Shown here: positions 1 to 10,361 of the stretch, in pieces
Numbering within the stretch: position 1 is the first letter of the stretch
How the letters are laid out: every line of letters begins with the position of its first letter
Source: Armatimonadia bacterium
GTDB taxonomy: Bacteria > Armatimonadota > Zipacnadia > Zipacnadales > UBA11051
DNA: 64,000 bases
Assembly: GCA_039683575.1 (NCBI GenBank)
Contig: JBDKRC010000137.1
Coordinates: 11,107-75,106 of the forward strand
Reading direction: 5' to 3'
Program-made: the position numbers and the translations under genes
The notes under the pieces: generated by a model
What the model was told of the DNA's origin: nothing
What the model saw: only the letters and a program-made list of their open reading frames with translations
Databases searched by the model: none

Positions 1-1343
1 TCCCAAATCAGGTCGCAGGCGAGGATTATGTTCTGGACGAGAAAGCGTTCGAAGGTGTTGCCGATGTAGCCGTCCTGGCGCTGCGAGGGACCTTCGAGTC
101 CGCCGTCATAGAAGCGGTACAACTCGGCCAGCCGGTTGAGCATCACGGCGCACTTGTGCGCATATTTCGCGTCGCCGGTGAAGGCGTACGCCTCCGCAAG
201 CATCATCACCGGCGTGCCGCCCTTGTACTTCGATCCTCCGTCGCCCTCATACGGGCCTGAGAAGAGCTTGCCGAGCAGGAAGTACCGGTATGCTGCCACA
301 AAGTAGTAGCGCCGGCCCGCCTTCGGGAAGCCCGCCGGGGCCAACCAGCCGCTGCCATCATCGTGGACGGTCACGTTCTCACCCGTGCCGGGGTTCTTCA
401 CGACTGCGCCGTCATACCACTCCTCGTCGCCCTGCTTGCACTTCCAGCGGTTGGGCTGCTCAAGGGTCGCGGTGTAGCTTCCGCGCGCACCGCCGTGGAT
501 CGGACAGCCGTGCTCAAACGAGGGGCAGAGAGCGCGGGGGTTACCCTCGGGGATCAGGCTGTAGATGTAGTCGTCCGCCTGCCCCACCCACCAGTCCGCG
601 TCCCTGATGATCATACCGGCATACGACTTGGCCCACTGCCGGGTCGCGAGGTTCTTGCGCCCGAGCGCGAGGTCCTGGCGGTCAATGATCCCCATGAAGC
701 CGCTCGTTTTGGGCTTGCTCATGACCACGGCAAGCTGTGGCGCCACGCGCTGCTCATCCTCCGCCAGCCGCAGCTTGCGCAGATCCTGCGCCAAGGTCTG
801 CTTCAGAGCCCCCGTATCCACAGCCGCACCGGTCGGCTCGCCGTTCACCTGCACCTCATTGACCTGCAGACGGTTACTGGTTGCCGTGTTGGCCGACCCC
901 GCCGGCTGCCTCACGCACAGCGCCGACACGGGCGTTGCCGGGAGATCAACCGTGGTCGTCGGCTCCAGCCCCGGCTCCGTTGCCTTAAGTTCGACCCACT
1001 TGCCCTCGCTCCAGCCCAGCACCACCAGCTTCTGCGGCGCCTGCGGCCCGCCCCAGCTGATCACGACCTGCGCCGGCTTGACCTGCTTGGGGAAGATGAG
1101 CACGAGGCTGTGAGTGACTTCCCAGTCATCGGAGAGCCACGCGGTATCGAGTCTGCCATCAAAGGCGAGCCAGGGGTGCCAGCCATCAAGGCCCCAGCGG
1201 TCACGATGCTGCGAATCAGCAATTGCGACCACGCCCGGAAGCTGCGCCAGATCGGCGGCTTGCGCGCCGAGGCACGCCAACAGCGTAACGCCGCAGGTGA
1301 AGATGATCACAAAGCGCCGCAAAGAGCCCAATAGTTGCTCCAT
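1..1343 (-). CDS. heparinase II/III-like family protein. Partial: the N-terminus with its signal peptide is at 1343 and the C-terminus lies beyond the window start.
   Basis: Manual reverse-complement translation from ATG at 1341-1343: MEQLLGSLRRFVIIFTCGVTLLACLGAQA..., with heparinase II/III-like motifs (YRYFLLGKLF, GGTPVMMLAEAY). It has no stop in the window, which is why the ORF track misses it. The plus-strand ORFs 290-1602 are antisense artefacts. Confidence 0.7.
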   Translation of the reverse strand, partial: MEQLLGSLRRFVIIFTCGVTLLACLGAQAADLAQLPGVVAIADSQHRDRWGLDGWHPWLAFDGRLDTAWLSDDWEVTHSLVLIFPKQVKPAQVVISWGGPQAPQKLVVLGWSEGKWVELKATEPGLEPTTTVDLPATPVSALCVRQPAGSANTATSNRLQVNEVQVNGEPTGAAVDTGALKQTLAQDLRKLRLAEDEQRVAPQLAVVMSKPKTSGFMGIIDRQDLALGRKNLATRQWAKSYAGMIIRDADWWVGQADDYIYSLIPEGNPRALCPSFEHGCPIHGGARGSYTATLEQPNRWKCKQGDEEWYDGAVVKNPGTGENVTVHDDGSGWLAPAGFPKAGRRYYFVAAYRYFLLGKLFSGPYEGDGGSKYKGGTPVMMLAEAYAFTGDAKYAHKCAVMLNRLAELYRFYDGGLEGPSQRQDGYIGNTFERFLVQNIILACDLIW

Positions 1344-1450
1344 AGTGAGAACTGAATTTCCCTTCAGGTGTCAATCATACCTGCTGCTGCAGGTCTGGCG
1401 CGGTGCGTGCGAGAAGTGGCAGGTAACCGCCTTGGAAGGATCTCTGTACC

Positions 1451-4400
1451 ATGCGATTCACGCTCTTGCTCCTGCCCCTCGTCATCGCCATCTCAGCCTT
1501 TGCTGCCGAGGACATCCCGCTCAAGAACGCCTCGTTCGACGCCGGCGTCGACGCCAAAGGCACTCCCGAGGGCTGGAGTCGCTATGGCGGCACCCTCGCT
1601 GAGCAGAAACTCAGTCTGGTGCCCGCCCCGCAAGGCAAGGCACTGCTTATTGACGACGGCAGCCCCACCGAGGAGATCGGCGTCACCCAGGCCGTGCCCA
1701 TCAAGGCCGGCGAGACCTACCGCGTCACTGTCATGGTCGCTGCGGTGCCCGGGGCCGAGGCTGCCGGAGCCTACCTGCAAATGCGCTTCCAGCCCACCGA
1801 CAAGTTCACCCAGGTAGCACTGACCCCGAAGGCCGAGGATGGTTTCACCGAGATTGCTGCGACCATGACGGCCCCCGAGGGTTCCGAACGGCTGACAATC
1901 TATCTCTACAGTCACAAGGAGACCACTCCGAAAGTCCTGGTGGATAACGTGAAAGTGCAAACCGCCGAACCCGTCGCCGCATCTGCCACGATTCCCGAAC
2001 CGAAGGTCCCGCAGTACGCCAAGCTCAAGGACCTGCACCTCGCCACGCCGCTGGTCCAGGGCGGTAAGCCCATGGTCACGATTGTTGCGCCCCCTCCATA
2101 TAAGCAGGTCGGCGAATCGCTAAAATCGGCCATAAAAGATTCCACCGGCGTCGAAGTTCCGGTGGTTAGCGACGACGCCCCCGCCGCTGCACTGCCCCTG
2201 CAGGGCCATCTGATCGTCCTGGGCAACCGCTCGACCAACAAGACAATCAGCGCCCTCTACGACCGCGCCTACACCTTCCTCGACCTCAAGTACCCCGGCC
2301 CCGGCGGCTATGTCCTGCGCAGCCTCCACAGCCCCTTCGGCGACGGGCGAAACGTGATCTTTGTCGGCGGCAGCGATGACGCCGGAGTAGCCACCGCCGC
2401 GCGAGCGCTCGTAAAGAAGCTCTCTGGCAAGCCCGGGGAGTTGGCGGTCGGCTGGCTCAGCGACCTCAAGCTCAGCCCCGACTACGCCCTGCCCGCGGAC
2501 CTCAAGCAGGCCGAAATCTGGGAAGCGTCCGAGATGTACGGCTCCTCTGGCTACTTCGGCTGGAACATGATCAGCAAGCTCATGGCGCTGTACTACATGT
2601 CGGGTGATGAGAAGTACCTCAAGGAATTCATGCGTCTCTCCTTCCCCGATGCTGCGGCCATCAAGGAGATCGAGGACGGAGACGGCGAGCGCATCGAAAA
2701 CAAAACTGACCCGCTGGCCGGGCCCTACCACTACTCGGCGCACATGATGATCGTGCTCTGGGACCTGATCGAGGAGAGCCCCTTCTTCACCGACGCGCAA
2801 CGCCTGACCATCACGAATGCCTTTGCCCGGCAGTTGACCCACCGCGTTGTCGAGGGCGTGTATGGCCGCACGGAGCCGCAGGCAGGCATCGGCGACCGCC
2901 ATGGCGACTGGGCAGCCTTCTCGCTCTACGTGCTGGGGCGCTACTTCAACAAGGACTACCCTGAGCCGGTCTGGCAGCGCTCCCTGCAGGCTGCCGATCA
3001 GTACTTCAACGTCCTCAAGCGCACCTACTGGATGGCCGGCAATAACGACCATCTCTTCTGGTTCACCTCGTACTACGACCCGATGCTGAACTACCTTCTC
3101 ATGACCGGCCGGCGTGACCCCGACATGCTGGCCAACCTCCGCCGCGCCTTCGAGACCCAGGAGATACTCTTCACCGGCAGAGAGCGCGACACGGGCCTCA
3201 AGGCCTCGGCTCTGAGCATGCTCAACAAGGCGGCCTACATCCTGGGCGATGGGCGCTGGCTGTGGTACAGAGGCCGTATCGGCGTCAACCAGGATTGCCT
3301 GCGTCTCGGGCAATCATTCTGGCCCGGTCCCGATCTCAAGCCTGTCGCCCCGACTGACCAGATCGGCAAGTGGAACCTCCACTGGATGTCCGAGGACATG
3401 TGGAAAAGCCGGGCCACAGGCTTCCCGATGGACCAGTCGTTCCGCTGGGGCGCCTACCGCAGCGAGCTTGGCCCCGGCGGCGACTACCTCATGATCGACG
3501 GCTACAACGGCGCTGGCCGCAATCCCTACCACACCTTCGACATCCTCGAACTCCGTCTGAATGGCGCGACGCTGCTCAGCGGCTACAACAACCAGGTGCT
3601 CTCCAGCGCCGACGGCATGGTTGAGCCGCAAGTCGCGATGGATGGCCGGCTGCTGCACCACGACGTTCTGGGCCAGACCGCCAGCTTCGTCGGCGAGGTG
3701 CCGAAGCTGGCCTTCGCCAACTGGCAGCGCTCGTTAGCCCAGCGCGTAGGCCGCTACGCCGTGGTCGTGGACGATCTGGCCTTCCGCACCGATAGCGAGA
3801 ACATCAAGGCGCAGACCACATGGCAGATGCCCTCGGCGACGTGGCTGCCGGCCCTGAACCTGGCGCGGGTGAAGGCCTATGGCGCCATCTCCATGCCTGA
3901 GGGCTGGCTCAACTTCCCTGCCATTGATGCCACCTGCGCCTGTGGCCCCGGCACTCCCGCCGATCTGCTGTCGCGGCTCGCCTCGATAGACATCATGCTC
4001 CTCAAAGCGCAGGGGCCGGGAACCTGGATCGAGATGCCCTTTGAGCTCAAGCAGAAGTTGACCGGCGAGGTCTTCGCGGACTTGCTCAACTACGAGGACC
4101 GTGGCATCGTGCGCCTCTACCTCGATGGCAAGCAAGTGGGGGACGATGTGAATCACTACGCGGGCGCGGTGGCCACTACCCGCGTTTCTCTCGGTATCCA
4201 TGACCTCGCCGCGGGCACGCACCGCCTGAAGGTCGAGGTCGTCGGCAAGCGCCCCGAGGCGAAGAAGTACTTCGTGGGGCTGACCGGCGTGAAGATCCGC
4301 CCCGAGGGAGCGGCGACCGCTGCCCCGCAGGTGACTTACGAGTTGCATAGTTCGGAGCTGATGGACGTCTCGGGCGGCGGCATCATCACGATGGAGTGGC

Positions 4401-6130
4401 GCGGCGCGGCCAGGAACGGCCAGCACCGCCGCTTCTTCCACCTGCTCGGGGCCAATCCCACCGGCAGTGACGATGGCCTCGCCTGCCTGCAGGTGGCCGA
4501 GAACGCCGCCGCACTCGCCGTGCCCGAGGCGGGCATCGTGTCGTGTGGCGACTACAAGTCAAACCGGGCGCAACTGGCCATATTGACCGAGAAGAGCGCC
4601 TACGCCCAGGCCGCGCGTACCCTTGGGTTGGAGGAGACGCTGCTAGACTCCGATGTGCCGGTTGACGTGGACTGGGACTTCGAGAAGGGCGTGCTCAACC
4701 TAAGCGGCGGCGGTGGCAAGCTCTGGCTCGCTCTTCAGAGCCCCGACGTCAAGATAGACGGCAACCCGGTGAAGCTCAAGCCGGAAGGCAAAATGACGCT
4801 CATCACGCTGGCAAATGGGCAACTGCTCCCGGCCGGCCGCCACGTCATCACGGGTGCCACGCCCTCTACCGCCGCCTGGAAACCCCTCACCGCCAGCCTC
4901 CCTGCCCTCCTGGCGCAAGCCCGCCAGAAGCGCTCCGAGCAGGTCGTGGCCCGCGCGGCGAAGACTGCCGACGTCGTGGCCGGAATGAAGCCCGCGAGCC
5001 AGGCGCAACTGGGCGGCAAGCCTCTCGAAACCATAGTGATCCCCTCCCCCGCAGGTGACCAACTCTGCACAGCGGTCGGCAAAGACGTCATTATCCTCGA
5101 CGCAACAGGCAAGGAGGTCCGGCGCCTGAGCGTTGCCGGCAACGTCATGGCCCTGCGCTGGTGGGCCGAGCCCAAGCTCCTGCTCGTAGGCTGCGCGGAT
5201 GAGAAGGTCGTGGCCTTCGACGAGCAGGGCGCCCGCAAGTGGGACTTCACCTCGGTCATGGACCACGCCGTCTACGAGGCCGGCAAGCAGTACTGGTTCA
5301 AGTCCGCCGACCCCGGCGTACATGGTCTGTACAGCGGCCCGTTTGACGAGGGGAAGAGCCGGGCCTTCGTCGGCAGCGCCTGCACGCTGGAGATCCTCGA
5401 CGAAACCGGACAGTTGGTCAAGCGCCTGCCGGTATTCTGGGGTCCCGGAACCAAGTTCATGCTCACCGACGCCGCCGACGGCAGCAAAAACCTGCTGGTC
5501 GCGCGCTGGCCCAACGACGGCCACAGCCTCGCCATCATCAACAGCAAGCAGATGGGCGAGACGGGGCGCGGGTTCGACGGCGTCCCCAGCGGCCATACCT
5601 ATGTCGGCGGCTGGGACTGCATGAACCGCGAGGACAACTACTATGTTGACCTCGACGGCGACGGCAAGCGCGAGGTAGTCTCGGCGATCAACGGGACTTG
5701 GAACCGCATCACGGTCTTCAGCGAGGCCGGGGCGCCACTCTACAACGCCCAGTTCGGCTCCGGCGTCCCCACAGCCCGCGAGAACCTGCGCATGATGGAC
5801 GTCGCAGACCTCAATGGCGACGGCAAGCAGGAGATCGTGGTGGGCATCTCGGCAGGATTGGTAGTCTGCCTGGACAGCCAGACGAAGAAGCTGTGGTCCC
5901 GCCAGTTGGCGAGCCCACCGACCGTGGTACGTCCGGTGCCGGGAGGGACGCCCTGGCTGCTGATAGGATGTCAGGACGGCACCACGTACGCACTCGATGG
6001 CAAGGGCCAGGTGCTGCGGCAGGGGAAGATGAGCGGGCGGGCGGTTGACGCACGGGTGCTGCAGACCCCGTCAGGCCCGCTGGGCGTCATTGTGACTGAC
6101 AGCGGAGCGATGGCGGGTTTCCGGCTCTAG
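1451..6130 (+). CDS. large secreted multidomain protein (1559 aa): signal peptide, N-terminal CBM-like beta-sandwich, central alpha/alpha-toroid-like region, C-terminal FG-GAP/beta-propeller-like repeats
   Basis: Longest ORF in the window. N-terminus MRFTLLLLPLVIAISAFAA is a signal peptide. The C-terminus has repeated DLDGDGK / DLNGDGKQEIVVG motifs typical of FG-GAP/VCBS propellers. Codon usage is coherent. Confidence 0.6.
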   Translation: MRFTLLLLPLVIAISAFAAEDIPLKNASFDAGVDAKGTPEGWSRYGGTLAEQKLSLVPAPQGKALLIDDGSPTEEIGVTQAVPIKAGETYRVTVMVAAVPGAEAAGAYLQMRFQPTDKFTQVALTPKAEDGFTEIAATMTAPEGSERLTIYLYSHKETTPKVLVDNVKVQTAEPVAASATIPEPKVPQYAKLKDLHLATPLVQGGKPMVTIVAPPPYKQVGESLKSAIKDSTGVEVPVVSDDAPAAALPLQGHLIVLGNRSTNKTISALYDRAYTFLDLKYPGPGGYVLRSLHSPFGDGRNVIFVGGSDDAGVATAARALVKKLSGKPGELAVGWLSDLKLSPDYALPADLKQAEIWEASEMYGSSGYFGWNMISKLMALYYMSGDEKYLKEFMRLSFPDAAAIKEIEDGDGERIENKTDPLAGPYHYSAHMMIVLWDLIEESPFFTDAQRLTITNAFARQLTHRVVEGVYGRTEPQAGIGDRHGDWAAFSLYVLGRYFNKDYPEPVWQRSLQAADQYFNVLKRTYWMAGNNDHLFWFTSYYDPMLNYLLMTGRRDPDMLANLRRAFETQEILFTGRERDTGLKASALSMLNKAAYILGDGRWLWYRGRIGVNQDCLRLGQSFWPGPDLKPVAPTDQIGKWNLHWMSEDMWKSRATGFPMDQSFRWGAYRSELGPGGDYLMIDGYNGAGRNPYHTFDILELRLNGATLLSGYNNQVLSSADGMVEPQVAMDGRLLHHDVLGQTASFVGEVPKLAFANWQRSLAQRVGRYAVVVDDLAFRTDSENIKAQTTWQMPSATWLPALNLARVKAYGAISMPEGWLNFPAIDATCACGPGTPADLLSRLASIDIMLLKAQGPGTWIEMPFELKQKLTGEVFADLLNYEDRGIVRLYLDGKQVGDDVNHYAGAVATTRVSLGIHDLAAGTHRLKVEVVGKRPEAKKYFVGLTGVKIRPEGAATAAPQVTYELHSSELMDVSGGGIITMEWRGAARNGQHRRFFHLLGANPTGSDDGLACLQVAENAAALAVPEAGIVSCGDYKSNRAQLAILTEKSAYAQAARTLGLEETLLDSDVPVDVDWDFEKGVLNLSGGGGKLWLALQSPDVKIDGNPVKLKPEGKMTLITLANGQLLPAGRHVITGATPSTAAWKPLTASLPALLAQARQKRSEQVVARAAKTADVVAGMKPASQAQLGGKPLETIVIPSPAGDQLCTAVGKDVIILDATGKEVRRLSVAGNVMALRWWAEPKLLLVGCADEKVVAFDEQGARKWDFTSVMDHAVYEAGKQYWFKSADPGVHGLYSGPFDEGKSRAFVGSACTLEILDETGQLVKRLPVFWGPGTKFMLTDAADGSKNLLVARWPNDGHSLAIINSKQMGETGRGFDGVPSGHTYVGGWDCMNREDNYYVDLDGDGKREVVSAINGTWNRITVFSEAGAPLYNAQFGSGVPTARENLRMMDVADLNGDGKQEIVVGISAGLVVCLDSQTKKLWSRQLASPPTVVRPVPGGTPWLLIGCQDGTTYALDGKGQVLRQGKMSGRAVDARVLQTPSGPLGVIVTDSGAMAGFRL

Positions 6131-6151
6131 ACTACCGAGGAGGCGCAGTGG

Positions 6152-7522
6152 ATGATCCAGGCGGCACGACTGCAGGCGCTCAACTCCCTGCCCGTGCGCA
6201 AGGGACGCTACGTGCTGTACTGGATGCAGGCCTCGCAGCGTGCCGAGTGCAACCACGCGCTCGAATACGCCGTCCGCGAGGCCAACCGCCTGCAACTGCC
6301 GGTCCTGGTGGTCTTCGGACTGACCCACGACTACCCCAGCGCCAACGAGCGTCACTACCGCTTCATGCTCGAGGGCCTGTGCGAGACGCAGCAGGCGCTC
6401 AGCAAGCGGGGGATGCGCCTGGTGGCACTGGATGCGGACCCACCACAGGCTGCTCTCCACCTGTCGCGCGACGCTGCGCTGCTGGTCTGCGACCGCGGCT
6501 ATACGCGGGTCCAGACACAGTGGCGAGAGCAAGTGGCGGCTGAGTCGCAATGCCCCGTCGTGCAGGTCGAGACGGACGTGGTCGTCCCGGTTGAAGCGGC
6601 GTCAGACAAAGAGGAATTCGCCGCCCGCACCATCCGTCCGAAGCTGCACCGTCTGCTGCCCGAGTACCTCGTTCCACTCAAGCAGCAGCGTCCGCACCTC
6701 CCGTCACTTGACCTGCCGCTGCCGGGGCGGCTGCGGGAGCTTGACCTATCTGATCCAGCCGCGCTGCTCAAGCGCCTCAAGCTCCCGCAACTACGAGGCT
6801 ACGGCGCTGCTTCACGCTTCACTGGCGGCACAGCCGCCGCCCGGAAGGCTCTCAGCGCATTCCTACAGAACCGGCTGGACCACTATGATGAGCTTCAGAG
6901 CGACCCCTCGCGCGATGCCACGTCACACGTCAGCCCGTTCCTGCACTTCGGCCAACTCTCGCCGCTGGAGGTGGCCTTGGCGGTGCAGGGTCATGGCGGA
7001 CCGGGCGTGGAGCCGTTCCTGGAGCAACTGATCGTCCGGCGTGAGTTGGCGATGAACTTCGTGCGCCACAACCCACAGTACGACCAATACGCCTCGATCC
7101 CACAGTGGGCCGCTGTCTCGCTGCGGGAGCACGCCGCCGACCCTCGCCCGGTACTGTACACACTCGAGCAACTCGAACAGGCCGCGACCGCCGACGAATA
7201 CTGGAACGCAGCCATGCAGGAGACGCTCCTGACGGGTTTCATGCACAACTACATGCGGATGTACTGGGGGAAGAAGGTGCTGGAGTGGAGCCGGACGCCG
7301 CAAGAGGCCTTCGAGCGGCTGGTGTACTTGAATGACAAGTACTTCGTGGATGGCCGCGATCCGGCCTCGTACATGAACATCGCCTGGTGCTTCGGTAAGC
7401 ACGACCGCCCCTTCGCCGAGCGTCCGATCTTCGGCAAGATCCGCTACATGAACGCGGCGGGCCTCAAGCGCAAGTTCAACATGAAGGCCTACCTCGAACG
7501 CGTCGCGACATACAAGCGATAG
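6152..7522 (+). CDS. phr: deoxyribodipyrimidine photolyase, class II CPD photolyase
   Basis: N-terminus RYVLYWMQASQRAECNHALEYA...LPVLVVFGLT and C-terminus LLTGFMHNYMRMYWGKKVLEWS match the class II photolyase signature (compare Methanosarcina/plant PHR: VYWM.RDQR..DNWAL, HGYMRMYWAKKILEW). Confidence 0.9.
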   Translation: MIQAARLQALNSLPVRKGRYVLYWMQASQRAECNHALEYAVREANRLQLPVLVVFGLTHDYPSANERHYRFMLEGLCETQQALSKRGMRLVALDADPPQAALHLSRDAALLVCDRGYTRVQTQWREQVAAESQCPVVQVETDVVVPVEAASDKEEFAARTIRPKLHRLLPEYLVPLKQQRPHLPSLDLPLPGRLRELDLSDPAALLKRLKLPQLRGYGAASRFTGGTAAARKALSAFLQNRLDHYDELQSDPSRDATSHVSPFLHFGQLSPLEVALAVQGHGGPGVEPFLEQLIVRRELAMNFVRHNPQYDQYASIPQWAAVSLREHAADPRPVLYTLEQLEQAATADEYWNAAMQETLLTGFMHNYMRMYWGKKVLEWSRTPQEAFERLVYLNDKYFVDGRDPASYMNIAWCFGKHDRPFAERPIFGKIRYMNAAGLKRKFNMKAYLERVATYKR

Positions 7523-7578
7523 CTCGCGGTGGGTTCGTCCCGAACCCACACGCCCCCCAATAACCACCGGAGACACAC

Positions 7579-8274
7579 ATGACAAACCCCAAGCTGTGGC
7601 TGTGTATTGCGCTGACACTCTCGTGCGCGGCTTTGGCGGTGGCGCAAGACCAGCCGGTCACGACTGCCGCTAGCGTTAAGGCGCTCGAGGCGGCGGTCGC
7701 GGCGAAGGACCTCGCCACCGTCTATCAGCAGGCGCACGTGATCGTGGACGCCTCTGCGGCGCGAACAACGCCGGCGACGCCAGCGGACGAATACGCGCTG
7801 GCCCTCGCCCAGTATTACCTCTCCGCCGAGCGCCTCCAGCAGGCCATGGCGAAGGGTCTCGACCCGGCGCAGATGCGGCGCGCCATCGCCACTCTGGCCA
7901 CCATGGGCATCACCGCTCCCCCACCTGGCGTGCCGGATGTCAAGCTCATCAGGACCGGCGGCCAGGAGTTGGACATCAAGGAGTTCCTGGTCCCGGGCAA
8001 AACCACGATCGTGGACCTGTTCAGCGTCTACTGCGGCTGGTGTGTCAAGTACGCGCCAAAGCTGGCCGCTCTCGCGACGACCCGCCCCGATCTCGCTATC
8101 GTCGCCTTCGACCTCAACCGCCCCGAGGTCAAGCGGATAGATACCGCCTCGCCGTTCGGGAAGCAGTACAAAGTCGTCGGCGTTCCCCTGCTGAAGGCCT
8201 TCGGACCGGACGGCAACCTGATCTGCGAGGGCTCGGCCGTCCCCAAGCTGATCGGTGTGCCGATCAAGCCCTAG
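7579..8274 (+). CDS. secreted thioredoxin-fold (TlpA/redoxin-like) protein
   Basis: Signal peptide MTNPKLWLCIALTLSCAALAVA. CGWC motif in TTIVDLFSVYCGWCVKYAPKLAAL, characteristic of thiol:disulfide oxidoreductases. Confidence 0.5.
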   Translation: MTNPKLWLCIALTLSCAALAVAQDQPVTTAASVKALEAAVAAKDLATVYQQAHVIVDASAARTTPATPADEYALALAQYYLSAERLQQAMAKGLDPAQMRRAIATLATMGITAPPPGVPDVKLIRTGGQELDIKEFLVPGKTTIVDLFSVYCGWCVKYAPKLAALATTRPDLAIVAFDLNRPEVKRIDTASPFGKQYKVVGVPLLKAFGPDGNLICEGSAVPKLIGVPIKP

Positions 8275-8329
8275 GCTTTCACGCGTATAAATCGGCTGGC
8301 GGCGAACTTGCCCCCTGTTAGTGTAGCCC

Positions 8330-9088
8330 ATGAAGATCGACAACGTCCTGCAATCACTACTCGACCTGATCTACCCTCCCCGCTGCGAGGTCTGCGGGGT
8401 GCTGGGGCCCTCGGCCCTGTGCGACACCTGCGCGAGCGACATGGTCTTGGTCGAAGCGCCGTACTGCCAGCGCTGTGGGTTGCTGCAGCCGGTCGGTACG
8501 CCCCAGTCCACCTGCCCGGACTGCCGTGACCATCGCCTGCACTACGACGCCGCACGCTGCGTCGGCCTGCATACCGGCAGCCTCCGCCGGGCTATCCTGA
8601 ACTTCAAGTTCGAGAACCGCCGACGGCTGCAGGAACCGCTGGGCGCGCTTCTGGCGCAGCGCATCGAAGAGGAGCCTGAGCTCCCGTTGCGGCAGGTTGA
8701 CTGCCTCGTGCCGGTGCCGCTGCACAGCAGCCGGCGGGATTGGCGCGGCTTCGATCAGGCGCTGTACCTGGCGCGGGGGGTCGAGAAGCGGCTGGGGCTG
8801 CCCGTGCTGTCCGACGGGTTGATACGAACGCGCCCCACGACTCCGCAAGTGCAACTGAGCCCCACCCAGCGCCACGAGAACATCAAGGGCGCCTTCGCCG
8901 GACGCCCGTCGCTTCAGGGAAAGAAGATACTGCTGCTGGACGACGTCTTCACGACCGGTGCCACGGTCAACGAGGCGGCCAAGGCCGCCCGCCAGAGCGG
9001 AGCTACGCGCGTCTACGTGCTGACGATCAGCCGCCCGGCCCCGCCATGGCATCCCGCCGCGCTCGTGGGCCAGGTAGGCGACCAATGA
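8330..9088 (+). CDS. comF: ComF family protein (N-terminal Cys4 zinc ribbon plus phosphoribosyltransferase domain)
   Basis: CEVCG...CDTC...CQRCG...CPDC, then the PRTase motif ILLLDDVFTTGATVNEAAKAARQSGATRVYVLTISR. Confidence 0.8.
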   Translation: MKIDNVLQSLLDLIYPPRCEVCGVLGPSALCDTCASDMVLVEAPYCQRCGLLQPVGTPQSTCPDCRDHRLHYDAARCVGLHTGSLRRAILNFKFENRRRLQEPLGALLAQRIEEEPELPLRQVDCLVPVPLHSSRRDWRGFDQALYLARGVEKRLGLPVLSDGLIRTRPTTPQVQLSPTQRHENIKGAFAGRPSLQGKKILLLDDVFTTGATVNEAAKAARQSGATRVYVLTISRPAPPWHPAALVGQVGDQ

Positions 9089-9089
9089 C

Positions 9090-10346
9090 ATGCGACACCT
9101 CTATGCCCTCATCATCCTGATGGTGCCCTCGGCGGTGTCCGCCCAGCACCTGCTCGTGCCCATGGACAAGGCGCAGACCGACCACCTGCGCGCCTATGGC
9201 CTCACCTACTGGTGCCTCCAGGCTCCGCGGGCGTACGAGTGCGAGTGGCTGCTGAACTACCGCGGCGGCAGCTTCCTCCTCCCTGACCTGCCCGATGTCA
9301 CCGCGAGGGCCCAGGTCCTCGGCGTGGCTGTGCAACCGCTCGATGCTGCCGCCCGCCACCGCCTCAACCAGACCATCGCCGATAACAACATGGAGCGGGT
9401 GCAACTCACCCGCGCACCCAAGATAGCGGTCTACGTCCCGCCCGACAACGAGCCGTGGGACGACGCGGTCCGCATGGCGCTCAACTACGCGCAGATCGAA
9501 TATCACACGCTGTGGGATCGCGAGGTATTATCGGGGAAGCTGTCCGACTATGAGTGGCTGCACCTGCACCACGAGGACTTCAGCGGGCAGTTCGGGCGCT
9601 TTCACACGAGCTTCAGCAATCAGCCGTGGTTCCGGCGGCAGGTGCAGAGTTCGACCGAGATGGCGAAGTCCTGCGGCTTCGCCTCGGTGGGCGCGCTCAA
9701 GCAAGCCGTCGCGGCGAAGATCGCCGACTGGACTCATCGCGGCGGCCTGCTCTTCGCCATGTGCAGCGCTCCCGACAGCCTCGACGTGGCGCTCGCAGCG
9801 CAGGGCCTGGACATTGTCCCCGCGGCCATTGATGGCACGCCGATGGACCCGAATGCCAACAGTAGGCTCAACTACGCGGTCACGATGGCCTTCCGCGACT
9901 TCAAGCTGGTCATGGACCCAAACGTGGTCGAGATCTCCGACATCGACGTCCAGCCGCCCGACACCAGCGTGGTGTCACAGGGCCAGACCTTTGAGCTCTT
10001 CGAGTTCTCAGCCAAACAGGACCCCATCGCGACGATGCTCACACAGGACCACGTCTCCCACGTGCCCGACTTCATGGGCCTGACCAGTGGCTTCCGCCGC
10101 AAGCTCCTCAAGGACAGCGCCATCGTGCTGGGGGACTTCCCGGGGACCGACCGCGTCAAGTACATCCACGGCGACTACGGGCAGGGGACGTACACTTTCC
10201 TGGGGGGACACGATCCCGAGGATTTCGCGCACTTCGTAGGGGAGCCAGCCACCGACCTGACCTTCCACCCGCACTCGCCGGGCTACCGGCTGATACTCAA
10301 CAACGTGCTCTTCCCGGCGGCAAAGACGAAACAGCGAAAGACGTGA
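9090..10346 (+). CDS. hypothetical secreted protein (signal peptide; family not recognised)
   Basis: ORF with N-terminal signal MRHLYALIILMVPSAVSAQH. It starts 1 nt after the comF stop, so translational coupling is likely. No confident family assignment. Confidence 0.4.
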   Translation: MRHLYALIILMVPSAVSAQHLLVPMDKAQTDHLRAYGLTYWCLQAPRAYECEWLLNYRGGSFLLPDLPDVTARAQVLGVAVQPLDAAARHRLNQTIADNNMERVQLTRAPKIAVYVPPDNEPWDDAVRMALNYAQIEYHTLWDREVLSGKLSDYEWLHLHHEDFSGQFGRFHTSFSNQPWFRRQVQSSTEMAKSCGFASVGALKQAVAAKIADWTHRGGLLFAMCSAPDSLDVALAAQGLDIVPAAIDGTPMDPNANSRLNYAVTMAFRDFKLVMDPNVVEISDIDVQPPDTSVVSQGQTFELFEFSAKQDPIATMLTQDHVSHVPDFMGLTSGFRRKLLKDSAIVLGDFPGTDRVKYIHGDYGQGTYTFLGGHDPEDFAHFVGEPATDLTFHPHSPGYRLILNNVLFPAAKTKQRKT

Positions 10347-10361
10347 GTGAGGCAGGGGTCA

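Noticed and set aside
363-1334. 323-aa plus-strand ORF, with neighbouring ORFs 290-607, 607-1113 and 1114-1602
   Set aside because: Arg/Pro/Ala-rich low-complexity translation, antisense to a well-conserved heparinase II/III-like coding frame on the minus strand. A GC-rich shadow ORF.
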